Of a DNA stretch of 64,000 bases, positions 8,956 through 19,832 are shown piece by piece. Position 1 is the first letter of the stretch, and each line of letters opens with the position of its first letter. The position numbers and the translations under genes were made by a program. The DNA lies in contig JAVZZH010000004.1 in assembly GCA_038885755.1 (NCBI GenBank), positions 68,430-132,429 of the forward strand, in the 5' to 3' direction. The notes beneath the pieces were generated by a model. It saw nothing but the letters and a program-made list of their open reading frames with translations. It did not search any database and was not told the DNA's origin. The DNA is from Candidatus Caldarchaeum sp. Its GTDB lineage: Archaea > Thermoproteota > Nitrososphaeria_A > Caldarchaeales > Caldarchaeaceae.

Positions 8956-10416
8956 TCACGCGGTTATTTGGTTTGAGATCAGAAAGGCTGCGTCAAGGAA
9001 TGGAGTCGGGTAGACGCCTATGACGATGGCTGCTGCTGCGAGGACAAGCAGGGGAGCTGTCATGCTTGCCCCGACAGGGTTTAGCTTATCGAGGGTGGGA
9101 GACGGGTTCTTCAAGAATATGGACTGGACTAGCCTTACGTAGTAGGCCACGCCGACGAGTATGTTGACGACCATGATGGCTGCGAGGACGGCGTATGTCT
9201 GTCCCGCGGAGAGGGCTGCGGTGATGATGGTGAACTCGCTCCAGAAGACGTTTAGCCCCGGAATTCCAGCCAAGGCGAACGCTCCCACGGCGAAGCATGT
9301 CGACGCCAAGGGTAGTTTCTTGCCTATCCCGGCCAAGCTGTCTATGCTTCTTGTGGCGGCGGCGTGGATGAACACTCCCGCAGCCAAGAAGAGCAAGGCT
9401 TTGACGACTGCGTGGTTGAGTATGTGGAACAGGCCTCCGGCCACGCCGGCTACGTTTGCCACGCTAAGCCCGAAGACGATGTACCCTATGTGGGCTATGG
9501 AGCTGAAGGCCAGCAGCCGTTTTATGTCCTCCTGCATCAAGGCCAGAAGGTTTCCAACAGTCATGGTGATGACGGCGAAAACAGCCAAGCCAAGGCTCCA
9601 GTCATACACCGTCGGCGGGAAGACGCCGAGTATGAGCCTGAGCATGGCGTAGACGCCGGTTTTTATCACAACCCCTGACAGCATCGCCGATATCGAGCTG
9701 GGTGCGGCGGGGTGGGCGTCGGGGAGCCATGAATGGAACGGAGCCATGGCTGCGTTGACTCCGAAGCCCGTGACGAGGAAAACTATCGCTATGTAGCTCC
9801 ACGCCTCGCCTGCTGCAGCAGCCGTCCCAAGCACCTCAGCCAGCCTGCTTATCTCGAGCGTGCCGGCCAGTCCGTAAAGCAGAGACATGCCGAAGAGAAT
9901 CGCCGAAGCTCCTGCAGCGCTGATGATCAGGTACTTGAGAGAGGCCTCGACAGCTTCCCAGGAACGATACCTGAAGGCGACCAGAAGATACGAAGCGATA
10001 GACATCATCTCCCAGAAGATGAAGAAGGTGAAGAGGTCGCCTGCGAAAACGACTCCAACCATTCCCGTGACCAGTGCTATGAGCAGAGGGTAGAACTCGG
10101 GTTTCCTCTCCTCGATGTAGCCTATGGAGAAAAGGCTGGCTAGGAGTCCGACGGCTATGAATATCAGGGATAGGAATGAGGATAGGGAGTCGACGTAGAT
10201 GGCTGACGAGTAAGGCCCCAGAGAGATGCTGAGGACTCCTCCCGCGAAGACTGTCTGTGCTTGAAAGTATGCGACGATGAAGCTGAGGGCGAAGGCTGCG
10301 AAGCTGTAGGCGTCTATGATGAAGGATGCCTTCAGACGTCTGGAGGCTAGGGAGAAGAGCGGAGAAAACACCGTGAAAATAATCAGGATGTTTAAGGTCG
10401 GGGTGAAGTTCACCAT
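8956..10416 (-). CDS. proton-conducting membrane transporter, NuoN/NuoM/MrpD-like subunit (solitary)
   Basis: About 14 predicted TM helices and NuoN/MrpD-type motifs (FHSWLPDAHPAAPS, LLAFSSIAHIGY). The start is moved to the ATG at 10416, because the longer ORF overlaps the nrdJ 3' end. Confidence 0.8.
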   Translation of the reverse strand: MVNFTPTLNILIIFTVFSPLFSLASRRLKASFIIDAYSFAAFALSFIVAYFQAQTVFAGGVLSISLGPYSSAIYVDSLSSFLSLIFIAVGLLASLFSIGYIEERKPEFYPLLIALVTGMVGVVFAGDLFTFFIFWEMMSIASYLLVAFRYRSWEAVEASLKYLIISAAGASAILFGMSLLYGLAGTLEISRLAEVLGTAAAAGEAWSYIAIVFLVTGFGVNAAMAPFHSWLPDAHPAAPSSISAMLSGVVIKTGVYAMLRLILGVFPPTVYDWSLGLAVFAVITMTVGNLLALMQEDIKRLLAFSSIAHIGYIVFGLSVANVAGVAGGLFHILNHAVVKALLFLAAGVFIHAAATRSIDSLAGIGKKLPLASTCFAVGAFALAGIPGLNVFWSEFTIITAALSAGQTYAVLAAIMVVNILVGVAYYVRLVQSIFLKNPSPTLDKLNPVGASMTAPLLVLAAAAIVIGVYPTPFLDAAFLISNQITA

Positions 10417-10454
10417 CGTCCTCGCCAAGATGGTTTTTAAGCAGCTTTTTAGTT

Positions 10455-13400
10455 TTAGGAGCAGCCCGTCGTGGCTCCGCAGTTGACGCAGACGTAGCAG
10501 GTTCCGCTTCGAGCCATTATGCTGCCGCATTCAGGGCATGGAGGAGCGTCCGGGGCAGGTGCTTTCACGGCTGAAACTTTCTCAGCAGAGGCCTTAGGCT
10601 CGACGTCGTCGCCGTCCACCAAACCAATCTCTTGACGCTGATCCTCTGGCAGAAACTTCAGCGCAAGCCATCTGAAAACGTAGTCTACAACAGACTTGGC
10701 GAACCTGATCTTAGGGTTGTCGGTGAAGCCTGAAGGCTCAAACCTAGTGTGGATGAACTTGTCAACCAACACCTTCAGGGGAACGCCGTACTGAAGAGCT
10801 ATTGAGGTGACTATCGAGAAGGAGTCCATGAGCCCCGCCAGAGTGCTTCCCTCCTTCGCCATCTTGATGAAGACTTCTCCGGGAGTTCCGTCCTCGTAGA
10901 GGCCAACAGTTATGTAGCCCTCCTGCTCGCCTATCCTGAACTTGTGAGTTACAGCTGTTCTCTCCGAAGGCAGTCTTCTTCTGACCGGCTTGGGGACGCT
11001 CTCTTCCTTGGCGGGTGTTTTCGCTGTAAGGGGCTGGGACAGCTTGCTTCCGTCGCGGTAGATGGATATGCATTTCAACCCCAACCGCCACGCGTCCATG
11101 TACACCGAGGCAACGTCTTCCGGCGTCGCATCGTTCGGCATGTTGACTGTCTTGCTTATAGCTCCGCTGAGGAACGGCTGGACTGCAGCCATCATGAGCA
11201 GATGAGCTCTGTAGTGGATGTACCTTCTCCCCTTCTTGCCTGAAGGCACGGCACAGTCGAAAACAGCGTAGTGCTCCTGTTTTAGATGAGGCGCTCCTTC
11301 GACGGTCATGGCTCCGCAGACAACTTCTTCAGAGGTGTTTATCTCTTCGTCTGAGAAGCCTAGGTGTTTGAGCAGGTTGAAGGAAGGGTCTTTGTATGCT
11401 TGTTCGGGCACGCCGAGCCTCCTCATGGTCTCAACCCCGAGCACCCACGGGTTCAGCACGTCTTTGAGGCTTGTGGCTGACGGCAGGAGCTGTTCGACTT
11501 TCTGTATCTCGGCTTCTGTAAGGCCACGTGCCTTGAGCGATTGGGCGTTCACGGGCTGAGGCCCGTAAAGCGTGTTCGTCCCCACGACGTACTGTATGAT
11601 GTCCTGTATCTGCCGAGATGTGTAGCCCAGCTTTCTGAGCGCAGGCTCGAGAGACCTGTTGACAAGCTTGAAGTACCCTCCTCCGACAAGCTTCTTCAAC
11701 TTCACGATCGAGAAGTCAGGCTCGATGCCCAGCGTATCGCAGTCCATCAACAGCCCGATAGTTCCAGTCGGAGCAATCAAGGTCGCTTGAGCGTTCCGGA
11801 CGCCGTATTTTTCACACAACTCCACCGCCCTGTCCCATGACCTTCGAGCTGCTTCCAGTATGTAAGAGTCGCAGAGCTCGAGCGGCGGCAGGTAGGGCTT
11901 GACCTCGAGACCCTCGTACTCCTCAGGCCTGCAGCAGTATATTGCTCTCCTGTGGTTGTTCAGAACCCTCAGAACATGACGTTTGTTCTTCTCATACTCG
12001 GCGAACGGGCCCTTTACTCTGGCAATTTCCGAGGAGGTCGCGTAGACTTCAGCCGTCATCAAAGCCGTCAACGCAGCAGCCACAGCACGGCCTCTGTCGC
12101 TGTCGTACGGAAGACCCATACGCATCAAAAGCCCGCCTAGGTTTGCGTACCCTAGGCCCAAGCTCCTCGTCCTGTAGCTCATCTCAGCTATCTCCTTGCT
12201 TGGGTACTGGGCCATGGCGACAGTTATCTCGAGGACTATGGTCCAGAGCCTGATGGCGTGTTTGAACGCGTCTATCAGGAAGACACCTTTCTCCTCATCG
12301 TAGAACTTGACTATGTTGAGAGAGGCGAGGTTGCAGGCGGTGTTGTCCAGAAAGTTGAACTCTGAGCATGGGTTTGTGGCGTTTATCCTACCCGTCTCTG
12401 GACAAGTGTTCCACTCGTTGATCGTTGTGTCGAACTGAAGACCCGGGTCGGCGCAAGCCCATGCAGCCCGTGCGATCTTGTCCCAAAGATACCTCGCCTT
12501 AACACGCTTCACCACTCTTCCGTCGGTCCTCCAAACAAGCTCCCAGTCGCCATCGCTCAAAACCCTTCTCATGAACTCGTTCGTCACCCTGACAGAGTTG
12601 TTGGAATTCTGTCCCGAGACAGTCTGGTACGCCTCACCCTCAAAGTCAGGCGAGTAGCCGGCAGCTACAAGCGCCGCAACTTTCTGCTCCTCCTTCATCT
12701 TCCAGTCGATAAAATCCTCAATCTCGGGATGGTCTACGTTGAGCACAACCATCTTTGCGGCTCTCCTAGTCGTCCCGCCGGACTTTATGGAGCCGGCCAC
12801 GGCGTCGCCCACCTTCAAAAACGACATAACGCCGCTCGAAACACCGCCTCCCGACAAAGGCTCCCCCTTCGCACGGAGCACGGAGTAGTTGCATCCTTCA
12901 CCACTTCCATACTTGTAGATGCGGGCCTGCTTGACCCATGTGTCCATGATTCCTCCAGGGTTGACGAGGTCGTCTTTAATCGACAGGATGAAGCATGCAT
13001 GAGCCTGTGGATGAGTGTAGGCGTCGGTTGAAGGAACAACTCCAACTTTCTCGTCGTAGTAGTAGTGTCCCTGGGCGGGGCCTGTTATTCCGTAGGCCGA
13101 CTGTAGCCCCGTGTTGAACCACTGCGGCGAGTTGGGTGAAGCTATCTGAGCGATGAGCATGTATTCTATTTCGTCCTGAAATGCCTGAGCATCCTCGAAA
13201 GTTGCGAAGTAGCCCAGCTTCTCACCCCACTGCCTCCAGCAGCCAGCAAGACGTCTAACAACCTGCTTGAGGGACCTCTCCGGGCCTAGTAATGGTTTTC
13301 CATCCCTGTCGAGGATCAGGTTTCCGTTCTCGTCATACTGCGGCACGCCTGTCTTGCGGAAATACTTCTGCGCAAGAATGTCGGTGGCCACCTGCGACCA

Positions 13401-13583
13401 GAAGCTGGGAACTTCAACGTCCTTCATCTCGAATATCACGTTGCCGGCTAGATCCTTGATCTGGGATGTTCGTCTCTCCCACCTGAAGTAGGAAAAGACA
13501 TCCCTTCCGTCGGTGTAGAACCTGCTTACACGGAGACCCTCCGCCCTATCGGGTTGAGTTCTTGATTGCTCGGCAACAGTCAT
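10455..13583 (-). CDS. nrdJ: adenosylcobalamin-dependent (class II) ribonucleotide reductase with C-terminal zinc ribbon
   Basis: 1042 aa. The N-terminus FYTDGRDVFSYFRWERRTS...FWSQVATDILAQKYFRK is typical of long NrdJ. The active-site region NPCSEF is present. The C-terminus reads CPECGS..CYVCVNCG. Confidence 0.9.
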   Translation of the reverse strand: MTVAEQSRTQPDRAEGLRVSRFYTDGRDVFSYFRWERRTSQIKDLAGNVIFEMKDVEVPSFWSQVATDILAQKYFRKTGVPQYDENGNLILDRDGKPLLGPERSLKQVVRRLAGCWRQWGEKLGYFATFEDAQAFQDEIEYMLIAQIASPNSPQWFNTGLQSAYGITGPAQGHYYYDEKVGVVPSTDAYTHPQAHACFILSIKDDLVNPGGIMDTWVKQARIYKYGSGEGCNYSVLRAKGEPLSGGGVSSGVMSFLKVGDAVAGSIKSGGTTRRAAKMVVLNVDHPEIEDFIDWKMKEEQKVAALVAAGYSPDFEGEAYQTVSGQNSNNSVRVTNEFMRRVLSDGDWELVWRTDGRVVKRVKARYLWDKIARAAWACADPGLQFDTTINEWNTCPETGRINATNPCSEFNFLDNTACNLASLNIVKFYDEEKGVFLIDAFKHAIRLWTIVLEITVAMAQYPSKEIAEMSYRTRSLGLGYANLGGLLMRMGLPYDSDRGRAVAAALTALMTAEVYATSSEIARVKGPFAEYEKNKRHVLRVLNNHRRAIYCCRPEEYEGLEVKPYLPPLELCDSYILEAARRSWDRAVELCEKYGVRNAQATLIAPTGTIGLLMDCDTLGIEPDFSIVKLKKLVGGGYFKLVNRSLEPALRKLGYTSRQIQDIIQYVVGTNTLYGPQPVNAQSLKARGLTEAEIQKVEQLLPSATSLKDVLNPWVLGVETMRRLGVPEQAYKDPSFNLLKHLGFSDEEINTSEEVVCGAMTVEGAPHLKQEHYAVFDCAVPSGKKGRRYIHYRAHLLMMAAVQPFLSGAISKTVNMPNDATPEDVASVYMDAWRLGLKCISIYRDGSKLSQPLTAKTPAKEESVPKPVRRRLPSERTAVTHKFRIGEQEGYITVGLYEDGTPGEVFIKMAKEGSTLAGLMDSFSIVTSIALQYGVPLKVLVDKFIHTRFEPSGFTDNPKIRFAKSVVDYVFRWLALKFLPEDQRQEIGLVDGDDVEPKASAEKVSAVKAPAPDAPPCPECGSIMARSGTCYVCVNCGATTGCS

Positions 13584-13606
13584 GCTGATACGTGGAAGCT
13601 GGAGAC

Positions 13607-13620
13607 GATATAAAATTTTA
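13607..13620 (-). promoter_or_regulatory. TATA box for nrdJ
   Basis: taaaattttatatc on the minus strand, centred about 30 nt upstream of the nrdJ ATG (13583). This implies a leaderless transcript. Confidence 0.45.
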
Positions 13621-13672
13621 CCTCTTGTCTAGGGTGGAATGAATAAACAACTTAAAAGCATGCATCGTTTGT

Positions 13673-14764
13673 TCAACGAGTGACCTCTTGGGCCTTGACG
13701 AATTCGTACAACCTCTTCGCCTTCGGGTCTGTCTCGAACCATTTTCTCACAGGGGTCAACAACTCGTCCAAGGAGCGAGCGACCGCGTTCTTGAGGTCGA
13801 GAGGATGAAGCGAGCCGTTGACGAAGTCCCGGGCGAGCTGGCTGTAGTCAACGTACTCAACGTCTCCGCCGAACTTGGCGGGCCTCTCGACCATCATCTT
13901 CTTCTTTAAAGGAAAGATCACATACCTGCAGTACTCTAGAACAGGGTTGCCTTGAACCTGTTTGGGCGGGCAGTAGGCGTTGTGGATCTTTTGCTTGATC
14001 GTCTCGTAGTCGTCGTGGACGTAGATGCTCGACTCGGGAATGCTTTTACTCATCTTGGAGCTTATCTGGACGTCGAGGGCTTCCTCCTCCTCCATGCCCA
14101 TAGGGCCCGTGGGACCGGCCAACCCCATCAGCATGTGGTGGTGGACTGCAACAGGTTTCCAAAGCCCGAGCTTCGGACCTATCTCCCTAGCTAGGATGTT
14201 GGCCCTTCGTTGGTCGAGGCCAAGCTGGCATATCTTCGCACCTAGGGTGAATATGTCGGCGACCTGCATGCCCGGGTACAGGAGCTGAGCTGCTTCCTGG
14301 AGCTCTCCCTCTCTCCTGCCCATTATGGGGAGGCAGCGGAGCACCCTCCTAAGCGTCGTGCTCTTCAAAACCTCTATGACGAGCTTCCAGTAATCCCTGT
14401 CAGCCGTCAGGTCGCTAGCCCATACTATGTCCACCTTACCGACGTCGACGCCCGAGGCCTTCCAGACTTCGACAAAATACTCTCCGACCAGCCGAATCTT
14501 CTCCAAGTCGCCGCCCATCTTCTTGTTTATAGCTGCGTGCCAGTCTGCCAGCAGTAGCTTGAACCTGCATCCCGCTTCGAGCATGTCTCTCAGCTTGACG
14601 ACCCTGAGCAGGGCGAAAGGTATGTGGGCGAGGCCGCTTGGCTCGAACCCGTCGTACGCGACGGGGCTTGATTCGGTTTCGAGCAGGCTTCTGAGCTCGT
14701 CTGGAGTAAGCACTTCCTCGGTCGGAGGCCGCATTATCAGCTCCATCCTAGTCTCTAAATCCAT
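13673..14764 (-). CDS. tyrS: tyrosyl-tRNA synthetase (crenarchaeal long form, 364 aa)
   Basis: YDGFEPSGLAHI (HIGH region), LLADWHA and the KMSKS motif are present. Homology begins at the internal ATG at 14764. The upstream 129 codons of the ORF overlap the divergent gene. Confidence 0.8.
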   Translation of the reverse strand: MDLETRMELIMRPPTEEVLTPDELRSLLETESSPVAYDGFEPSGLAHIPFALLRVVKLRDMLEAGCRFKLLLADWHAAINKKMGGDLEKIRLVGEYFVEVWKASGVDVGKVDIVWASDLTADRDYWKLVIEVLKSTTLRRVLRCLPIMGRREGELQEAAQLLYPGMQVADIFTLGAKICQLGLDQRRANILAREIGPKLGLWKPVAVHHHMLMGLAGPTGPMGMEEEEALDVQISSKMSKSIPESSIYVHDDYETIKQKIHNAYCPPKQVQGNPVLEYCRYVIFPLKKKMMVERPAKFGGDVEYVDYSQLARDFVNGSLHPLDLKNAVARSLDELLTPVRKWFETDPKAKRLYEFVKAQEVTR

Positions 14765-14842
14765 CGTATTTTCACCAGCCGTGTCAGGTAATAAACGATG
14801 CTCCGCAATATGCTCATTAAGCGCTTTTGAAAGACATACTGC

Positions 14843-16900
14843 ATGCGCAAGCCCAACAGGCTGGCCAACGAGCAGAGCCCCTACCTTCTCCAGCACGCCT
14901 ACAACCCCGTCGACTGGTATCCTTGGGGAGGCGAGGCTTTCGAGAAGGCTAGGGCGGAGAACAAGCTGATTTTCCTGAGCATAGGGTATTCCTCTTGCCA
15001 CTGGTGCCATGTGATGGAGCGGGAATCTTTCGAGGATAAGCAGATAGCTGAACTTCTGAACACTTACTACGTTCCGGTGAAGGTTGACAGAGAGGAGAGG
15101 CCTGACGTAGACGAGCTGTACATGAAGGCTGTGATGCTGATGACCGGCCACGGTGGATGGCCGTTGACCGTTATCCTCACGCCCGACCTGAAGCCGGTGT
15201 TCGGAGGAACTTACTTCCCTCCAAGAAGAAGAGGAGGTTTGAGAGGGTTGGATGAAATCCTCAGGGCATTAGCCGATCTTTGGAAGAGAAGCCCGGATGA
15301 GCTCAGGAAGGCCGCTGAGCAGACTTCCACCATCCTGAAAAGCCTCTACATGGTTGAGCCTGCCGACCAAGAGCCGGAGTACAGCGTCGTGGTCCAAGCG
15401 TTCGACACTTTAGTGAACTCCTACGACGAGGTCTACGGAGGTTTCGGGACAGCGCCCAAGTTCCCCATGCCTCTCTACATCGAGTTCCTTCATGCCTACT
15501 ACGCTGTCGAAAGGGAGGCGCTGGCTCTCAAAATGGCTTCCCACACCCTCGAGAGGATGGCTAGGGGAGGTGTTTACGACCAGCTTGCTGGAGGGTTTTT
15601 CCGCTACTCAACCGACCGCATATGGCTTGTTCCGCACTTCGAGAAGATGCTTTACGACAACGCACTGCTAGCCCGGGCGTATCTCCAGAACTACCAGCTT
15701 ACGGGCAACGAGTTTATGCGAAGAGTCGCGGTCTCGACGCTCGACTGGATGCTGGACGAGCTCTCATCTCCAGAAGGCGGGTTTTACTCAGCCGTCGACG
15801 CCGACAGCCCCGAGGGGGAGGGCGCTTACTACGTCTGGCGGAAGTCGGAGGTCGAGCAGGCTTTGGAAGGCAGGGACGTCGAGATAGCGTTGAAAGCCTT
15901 CGGCGTGGCTGAGAACGGAAACTTTGAGGAGGGAAAATCTATCCTGACCTTTGTCAAGGACTTGGAGACGCTTTCTAAGGAGCTGAACATCGGAGTCGAG
16001 GAGCTGAAGAACAGGATCGAGCAGGTGCGTGAATTGCTTCTCGACGCGAGGAGGCGGAGGCCGAGGCCTGCGGTCGACGACAAGATAATAACCTCTTGGA
16101 ACGGGTTGGCTGTTTCATGCTACAGCCATGCCTACCAAGCGCTTGGAGAGCAGCGCTACCTCGAAGCAGCGGCCAAGACCGCCGACTTCGTGCTGGACAG
16201 GCTTTACAGCAACGGTGTTCTTCACAGAGTTTACAGACAGAGAACCGGAGCGGAGGGTTTCTTGGAGGACTACGCCTTCATGGCGAACGGCTTGGTTGAC
16301 CTTTTCCAAACAACCTTTGAGACAAAATACTTGGAGGCTGCAGTCAACCTAGCCGACAAGATGACGGAGCTCTTCTGGGACGACGACAAGGGAGGATTCT
16401 TCTACGCTGTCGAGGACGTGGCGAATGTCTCGAGAATCAAGGAGGCTTACGACGGGGTAATTCCTTCAGGCAACTCCATGGCTGCGTGGCTACTGATACG
16501 ACTGTTCGAGCTGACAGGCCGGTCTCATTACATCGAGAGAGCGGGCAGGGTTTTCAAAGCCTTTTCAGACCAGCTCAACAACCATCCAACCGAGCACGTC
16601 TTCATGCTGCAGGCGCTTGCAGCCTACCGCAAGCCGAGGACGGAGATAGTGGTGGCGTGCGGCCGTAGAGAAGAGGCTGAACCATTCCTCAAGCATCTTC
16701 ACAGGAACTACCATCCATTCAAGACGGTTGTAGTCGTGGGTGACTGGAACAGGCTGAAGCTTTCGGAGCTTTCAACCCTCACGGCTGACAAACAGCCTTT
16801 AGACGGACAGCCAGCGGCCTACGTATGCGAGAACTACTCGTGCAGGCTGCCTGTGAAAGAACCGAGCGAGCTTCCCAAGCTTGTTGGGTGGGTTCGGTGA
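14843..16900 (+). CDS. thioredoxin-domain protein of the DUF255/YyaL family
   Basis: N-terminus [25 protein letters not shown] and [14 protein letters not shown], followed by a long alpha/alpha-barrel-like region. 685 aa. Confidence 0.8.
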   Translation: MRKPNRLANEQSPYLLQHAYNPVDWYPWGGEAFEKARAENKLIFLSIGYSSCHWCHVMERESFEDKQIAELLNTYYVPVKVDREERPDVDELYMKAVMLMTGHGGWPLTVILTPDLKPVFGGTYFPPRRRGGLRGLDEILRALADLWKRSPDELRKAAEQTSTILKSLYMVEPADQEPEYSVVVQAFDTLVNSYDEVYGGFGTAPKFPMPLYIEFLHAYYAVEREALALKMASHTLERMARGGVYDQLAGGFFRYSTDRIWLVPHFEKMLYDNALLARAYLQNYQLTGNEFMRRVAVSTLDWMLDELSSPEGGFYSAVDADSPEGEGAYYVWRKSEVEQALEGRDVEIALKAFGVAENGNFEEGKSILTFVKDLETLSKELNIGVEELKNRIEQVRELLLDARRRRPRPAVDDKIITSWNGLAVSCYSHAYQALGEQRYLEAAAKTADFVLDRLYSNGVLHRVYRQRTGAEGFLEDYAFMANGLVDLFQTTFETKYLEAAVNLADKMTELFWDDDKGGFFYAVEDVANVSRIKEAYDGVIPSGNSMAAWLLIRLFELTGRSHYIERAGRVFKAFSDQLNNHPTEHVFMLQALAAYRKPRTEIVVACGRREEAEPFLKHLHRNYHPFKTVVVVGDWNRLKLSELSTLTADKQPLDGQPAAYVCENYSCRLPVKEPSELPKLVGWVR

Positions 16901-18045
16901 ACGGGCCTGCTCGAAAGATACTGCTGCTAACATGGATATCATGGTTCTGGAGCCACGGCACCCGCGTGGGAATACCAGCCATAACACCTTTCATAAGGCA
17001 GCGGCTGGGGATCTCTACAGCTGAAGCCGCAGCCATGCCCGGGCTGCTGAACCTAGGCTTTTACCTATTCGCCTTCCTCTCGGGGAAGCTGGCTACTAGG
17101 ATAGGGTCGAGGAACGGCGTTGTCTACGCGTCTCTAGGCTCGGGCGTTGTGCTGGCGGCGTCCTCCCTAGCGGAGAACGTCTACGTCATGTATGCGGGGC
17201 TGTTTGCCACCGGCATGCTACTCTCGATGCATCTGCCCTCCGCCATCCCTTGGCTGGGAAGGCTCTTCAAAGGACCTAGACAAGGCCTCATCATCGGCGT
17301 CCACGAGTCAGCCGCCCCCACTGGACAAACCCTAGGCCCCCTGATACTCGCCTTCCTCATCTCATCGACCGCGTTCTCCGCCTCTCTCCTCGCATGGGCT
17401 TTAGTGCCCGTGCTGGCGGGGCTTTCCCTGATGTTTTTCAGGGAAGGAGGCCGTGAAACCCACGTGGCGGAAGGCGGGCTCCGATCGTCGGCGAAACCTA
17501 AGATTGTTCCGCTGACAGTGTTGACCACGGCGAACCTTGTGGGGAACTTGGGAGTTGTCGCGATAGTGCCTCTTCATCTAGTCGATACGTTTGGCCTAGA
17601 CAAGGGGTTCGTCGCCTCGGTAGTAGGCGCTAGCCGCCTATTGGGAGTGTTCGGCCAGCCGCTGGGCGGTCATCTCCACGACCGGTTTGGTTTTCTCGGA
17701 GTCGCCGCAGCCCTCTCGACGATAAACCTCGTGTCCAACGCTTACCTGATGCTGGCCCCCTACAGCGAGTTTTACGCCGCCGTGATGGTCGTCCAAGCAG
17801 CCTCTACAGCTATGTACTTCCCCCTCGTCTACAGCCATCTCGTCAGAAACTTCGGCCCAGCAGCCTCCACAACACTAGGCAAGATGTTCACTGTTGCAGG
17901 CATCGTCGGCCCAACCTCAGCTCCTTTCATAGCCGGGTTTATCGCTGACAGGATGGGCTACTCGGCTGCGCTAGCCTATCCCACAGGTCTGGCGGCTGCA
18001 GGCGTTGCCTCGCTGTTCTTCCTCAGGCGTGGAGGTAAGATTTAA
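16897..18045 (+). CDS. MFS transporter
   Basis: About 12 hydrophobic helices. A GTG start at 16897 overlapping the upstream TGA (GTGA) is preferred over the ORF-track ATG at 16825. Confidence 0.65.
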   Translation: MNGPARKILLLTWISWFWSHGTRVGIPAITPFIRQRLGISTAEAAAMPGLLNLGFYLFAFLSGKLATRIGSRNGVVYASLGSGVVLAASSLAENVYVMYAGLFATGMLLSMHLPSAIPWLGRLFKGPRQGLIIGVHESAAPTGQTLGPLILAFLISSTAFSASLLAWALVPVLAGLSLMFFREGGRETHVAEGGLRSSAKPKIVPLTVLTTANLVGNLGVVAIVPLHLVDTFGLDKGFVASVVGASRLLGVFGQPLGGHLHDRFGFLGVAAALSTINLVSNAYLMLAPYSEFYAAVMVVQAASTAMYFPLVYSHLVRNFGPAASTTLGKMFTVAGIVGPTSAPFIAGFIADRMGYSAALAYPTGLAAAGVASLFFLRRGGKI

Positions 18046-18078
18046 TATTATAAAGCTCGGGGTTTATCAAGGCTGTGC

Positions 18079-19212
18079 ATGGTTGTCCTGAAGCTACCGG
18101 ATGTTGGTGAAGGAATAGCCGAGGGCGAGGTCGTCAGGTTCTTGGTTAAGGAAGGCGACATGGTTGAGAAGTATCAGCCTCTAGTCGAAGTGATGACGGT
18201 CAAAGTCAACATAGAGATTCCGTCGCCAGTTAAGGGAAAGGTGGTAAGGTTTCTCGCCAGCCCCGGGCAGGTGTTGAAGGTAGGCGACCCTTTCATCGAG
18301 ATACAGTCGGATGAGGCTGTGGAGGAAGCTCCGGTGAAGGAGGAGCCGGCGCCGAAGACGTTGGCTCAGCAGCCTGTTCAGAAAACAGGCGTTTTAGCTA
18401 CTCCGGCGGTCAAGAAGCTTGCGAGGGATTTGGGCGTTGACATCTCTTCAGTGGCCGGAACAGGGCCGGGAGGTAGAATAACCGAGGAGGATGTTAGGAG
18501 GGCGGCTTCTGCGGCTGAAACGAGAATACCGATCAAGGGGTTGAGACGCATGATAGCTGAGCGGCTGGTCACCGCTAGGTCTAGGACTGCTTTGGTGACT
18601 GTTTTCGAGGTGGTTGACGCCGGGGAGCTTGTGAAGCTTAGGGATGAGCTGCGCAGAGACCCTAGAGCTAGAGACTTGAAGATAACTTACATGCCGTTGA
18701 TCATGAAGGCTATCGTTGAGACTGTGCGCAAATATCCGATGATGAACGGATGGATAGACGACGAGAGGAACGAAATTGTCGTCTCAAGAAGTGTCAACAT
18801 AGGTTTTGCCGTTGACACGGCTGAGGGTCTATTGGTTCCCAACGTGAAGAACGTCGAGTCGAAGGACGTGTGGACTCTCGCCAAGGAGGTTGAGGAGCTT
18901 GCGGAGAAGGCTAGGGCTGGACGGCTTACGCTGGACGAGATCAGGGGTGGGACGATCAGCGTCTCCAACTACGGTTCTCTCGGCTCGCTTTCAGGAACGC
19001 CGTTGATAAACTATCCCGAGATAGCTGTCGTGGGCGTTGGCAGGATTGAGAAAAGACCAGTAGTCCGGAACGACGCCGTGGTTGTGGGAGAGGTGCTTGA
19101 GCTGGCCACGACGATAGACCACAGAGCTGTCGACGGCGGAACTATGAGCGGTTTCGTGCTAGAGCTCAAGCGAAACCTAGAGAACATCAAGCAGGTTATA
19201 GGCCGATTTTGA
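18079..19212 (+). CDS. 2-oxoacid dehydrogenase E2 component (dihydrolipoamide acyltransferase)
   Basis: Lipoyl domain (LVEVMTVKVNIEIPSPVKG), peripheral subunit-binding domain (ATPAVKKLARDLGVDISSVAGTGPGGRITEEDV) and catalytic domain with the DHRAVDG motif. No E1 or E3 gene lies in the window. Confidence 0.85.
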   Translation: MVVLKLPDVGEGIAEGEVVRFLVKEGDMVEKYQPLVEVMTVKVNIEIPSPVKGKVVRFLASPGQVLKVGDPFIEIQSDEAVEEAPVKEEPAPKTLAQQPVQKTGVLATPAVKKLARDLGVDISSVAGTGPGGRITEEDVRRAASAAETRIPIKGLRRMIAERLVTARSRTALVTVFEVVDAGELVKLRDELRRDPRARDLKITYMPLIMKAIVETVRKYPMMNGWIDDERNEIVVSRSVNIGFAVDTAEGLLVPNVKNVESKDVWTLAKEVEELAEKARAGRLTLDEIRGGTISVSNYGSLGSLSGTPLINYPEIAVVGVGRIEKRPVVRNDAVVVGEVLELATTIDHRAVDGGTMSGFVLELKRNLENIKQVIGRF

Positions 19213-19832
19213 AGAGCTTGGCTGAAGCGGGGTTTATGGTCGGTGTCTGGGTAGAAACGATAGTCTCCACCTATTCGATTGACGGCATGCCGCACGCGGC
19301 TGCGATGGGCTGCACGACAACCGACGGCTCATCAATCCTGCTCAAGCCCTTCAAAGACACCAAGACATACAACAACTTGGTGAGCAGGAGGAGCTTGGTA
19401 GTAAACGTATGCCACGACCCTGTTGTCTTCTACAAAGCTGTCTTCGACCAAGGCTTGACGTTCGGAATGGCTAGGCGTGTCAACGCTCCTAGGGTTTTGG
19501 AGGCATCGGCCTGGGTTGAGGCCGTCGTCTCGGAGCTAAAAGAATTCCCGGGGCCTAGGGCTGAGGCCCTGTGCAGCGTCATAGACGTCGACTTGGTTTT
19601 TGAGAAGCCACGGCCTTACAGCAGAGCTGAGCATGCTTTGATGGAGGCCTTGATCCACTTCACCAGAGTCAGGGCCTTCGCAGGAACCGAGAGACACGGC
19701 GAGGCAGAGGTTCTGCTCGAGAGAATCAAGTACTACGAGGATCTAGTCAAACGCGTTTCCTCCAACCAGTTTCATCTAAGCATGATTGAGAAGATCGTCG
19801 GCGAAGCGTCTAGGCTGGTTGAGCGTTCTTGA
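19209..19832 (+). CDS. DUF447-family protein (methanopterin-biosynthesis-associated, FMN-binding split-barrel-like)
   Basis: About 200 aa. Resembles DUF447 proteins as I recall them, and sits directly upstream of and overlapping beta-RFAP synthase. The TTG at 19209 overlaps the E2 stop. An alternative ATG is at 19236. Confidence 0.5.
   Translation: MKSLAEAGFMVGVWVETIVSTYSIDGMPHAAAMGCTTTDGSSILLKPFKDTKTYNNLVSRRSLVVNVCHDPVVFYKAVFDQGLTFGMARRVNAPRVLEASAWVEAVVSELKEFPGPRAEALCSVIDVDLVFEKPRPYSRAEHALMEALIHFTRVRAFAGTERHGEAEVLLERIKYYEDLVKRVSSNQFHLSMIEKIVGEASRLVERS

Noticed and set aside
10417-10530. An N-terminal extension of the NuoN-like ORF overlapping the nrdJ 3' end.
   Set aside because: The sequence is basic and not membrane-like. 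The ATG at 10416 precedes the first TM helix and has a TATA-like element upstream.
10455-13583. A possible intein in the 1042-aa class II RNR.
   Set aside because: I saw no insertion that interrupts the conserved blocks and no intein-type terminal motifs. The length is explained by the long NrdJ N-terminal region and the C-terminal zinc ribbon.
13584-13672. A possible cobalamin riboswitch or regulatory leader upstream of nrdJ.
   Set aside because: Only 89 nt are available, and a TATA box sits 30 nt upstream of the ATG. The mRNA is therefore probably leaderless. Cobalamin riboswitches are also not established in archaea.
14765-15151. A 129-codon N-terminal extension of the tyrS ORF.
   Set aside because: It overlaps the divergent YyaL-type gene and shows no TyrRS similarity. 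Homology begins at the internal ATG at 14764.
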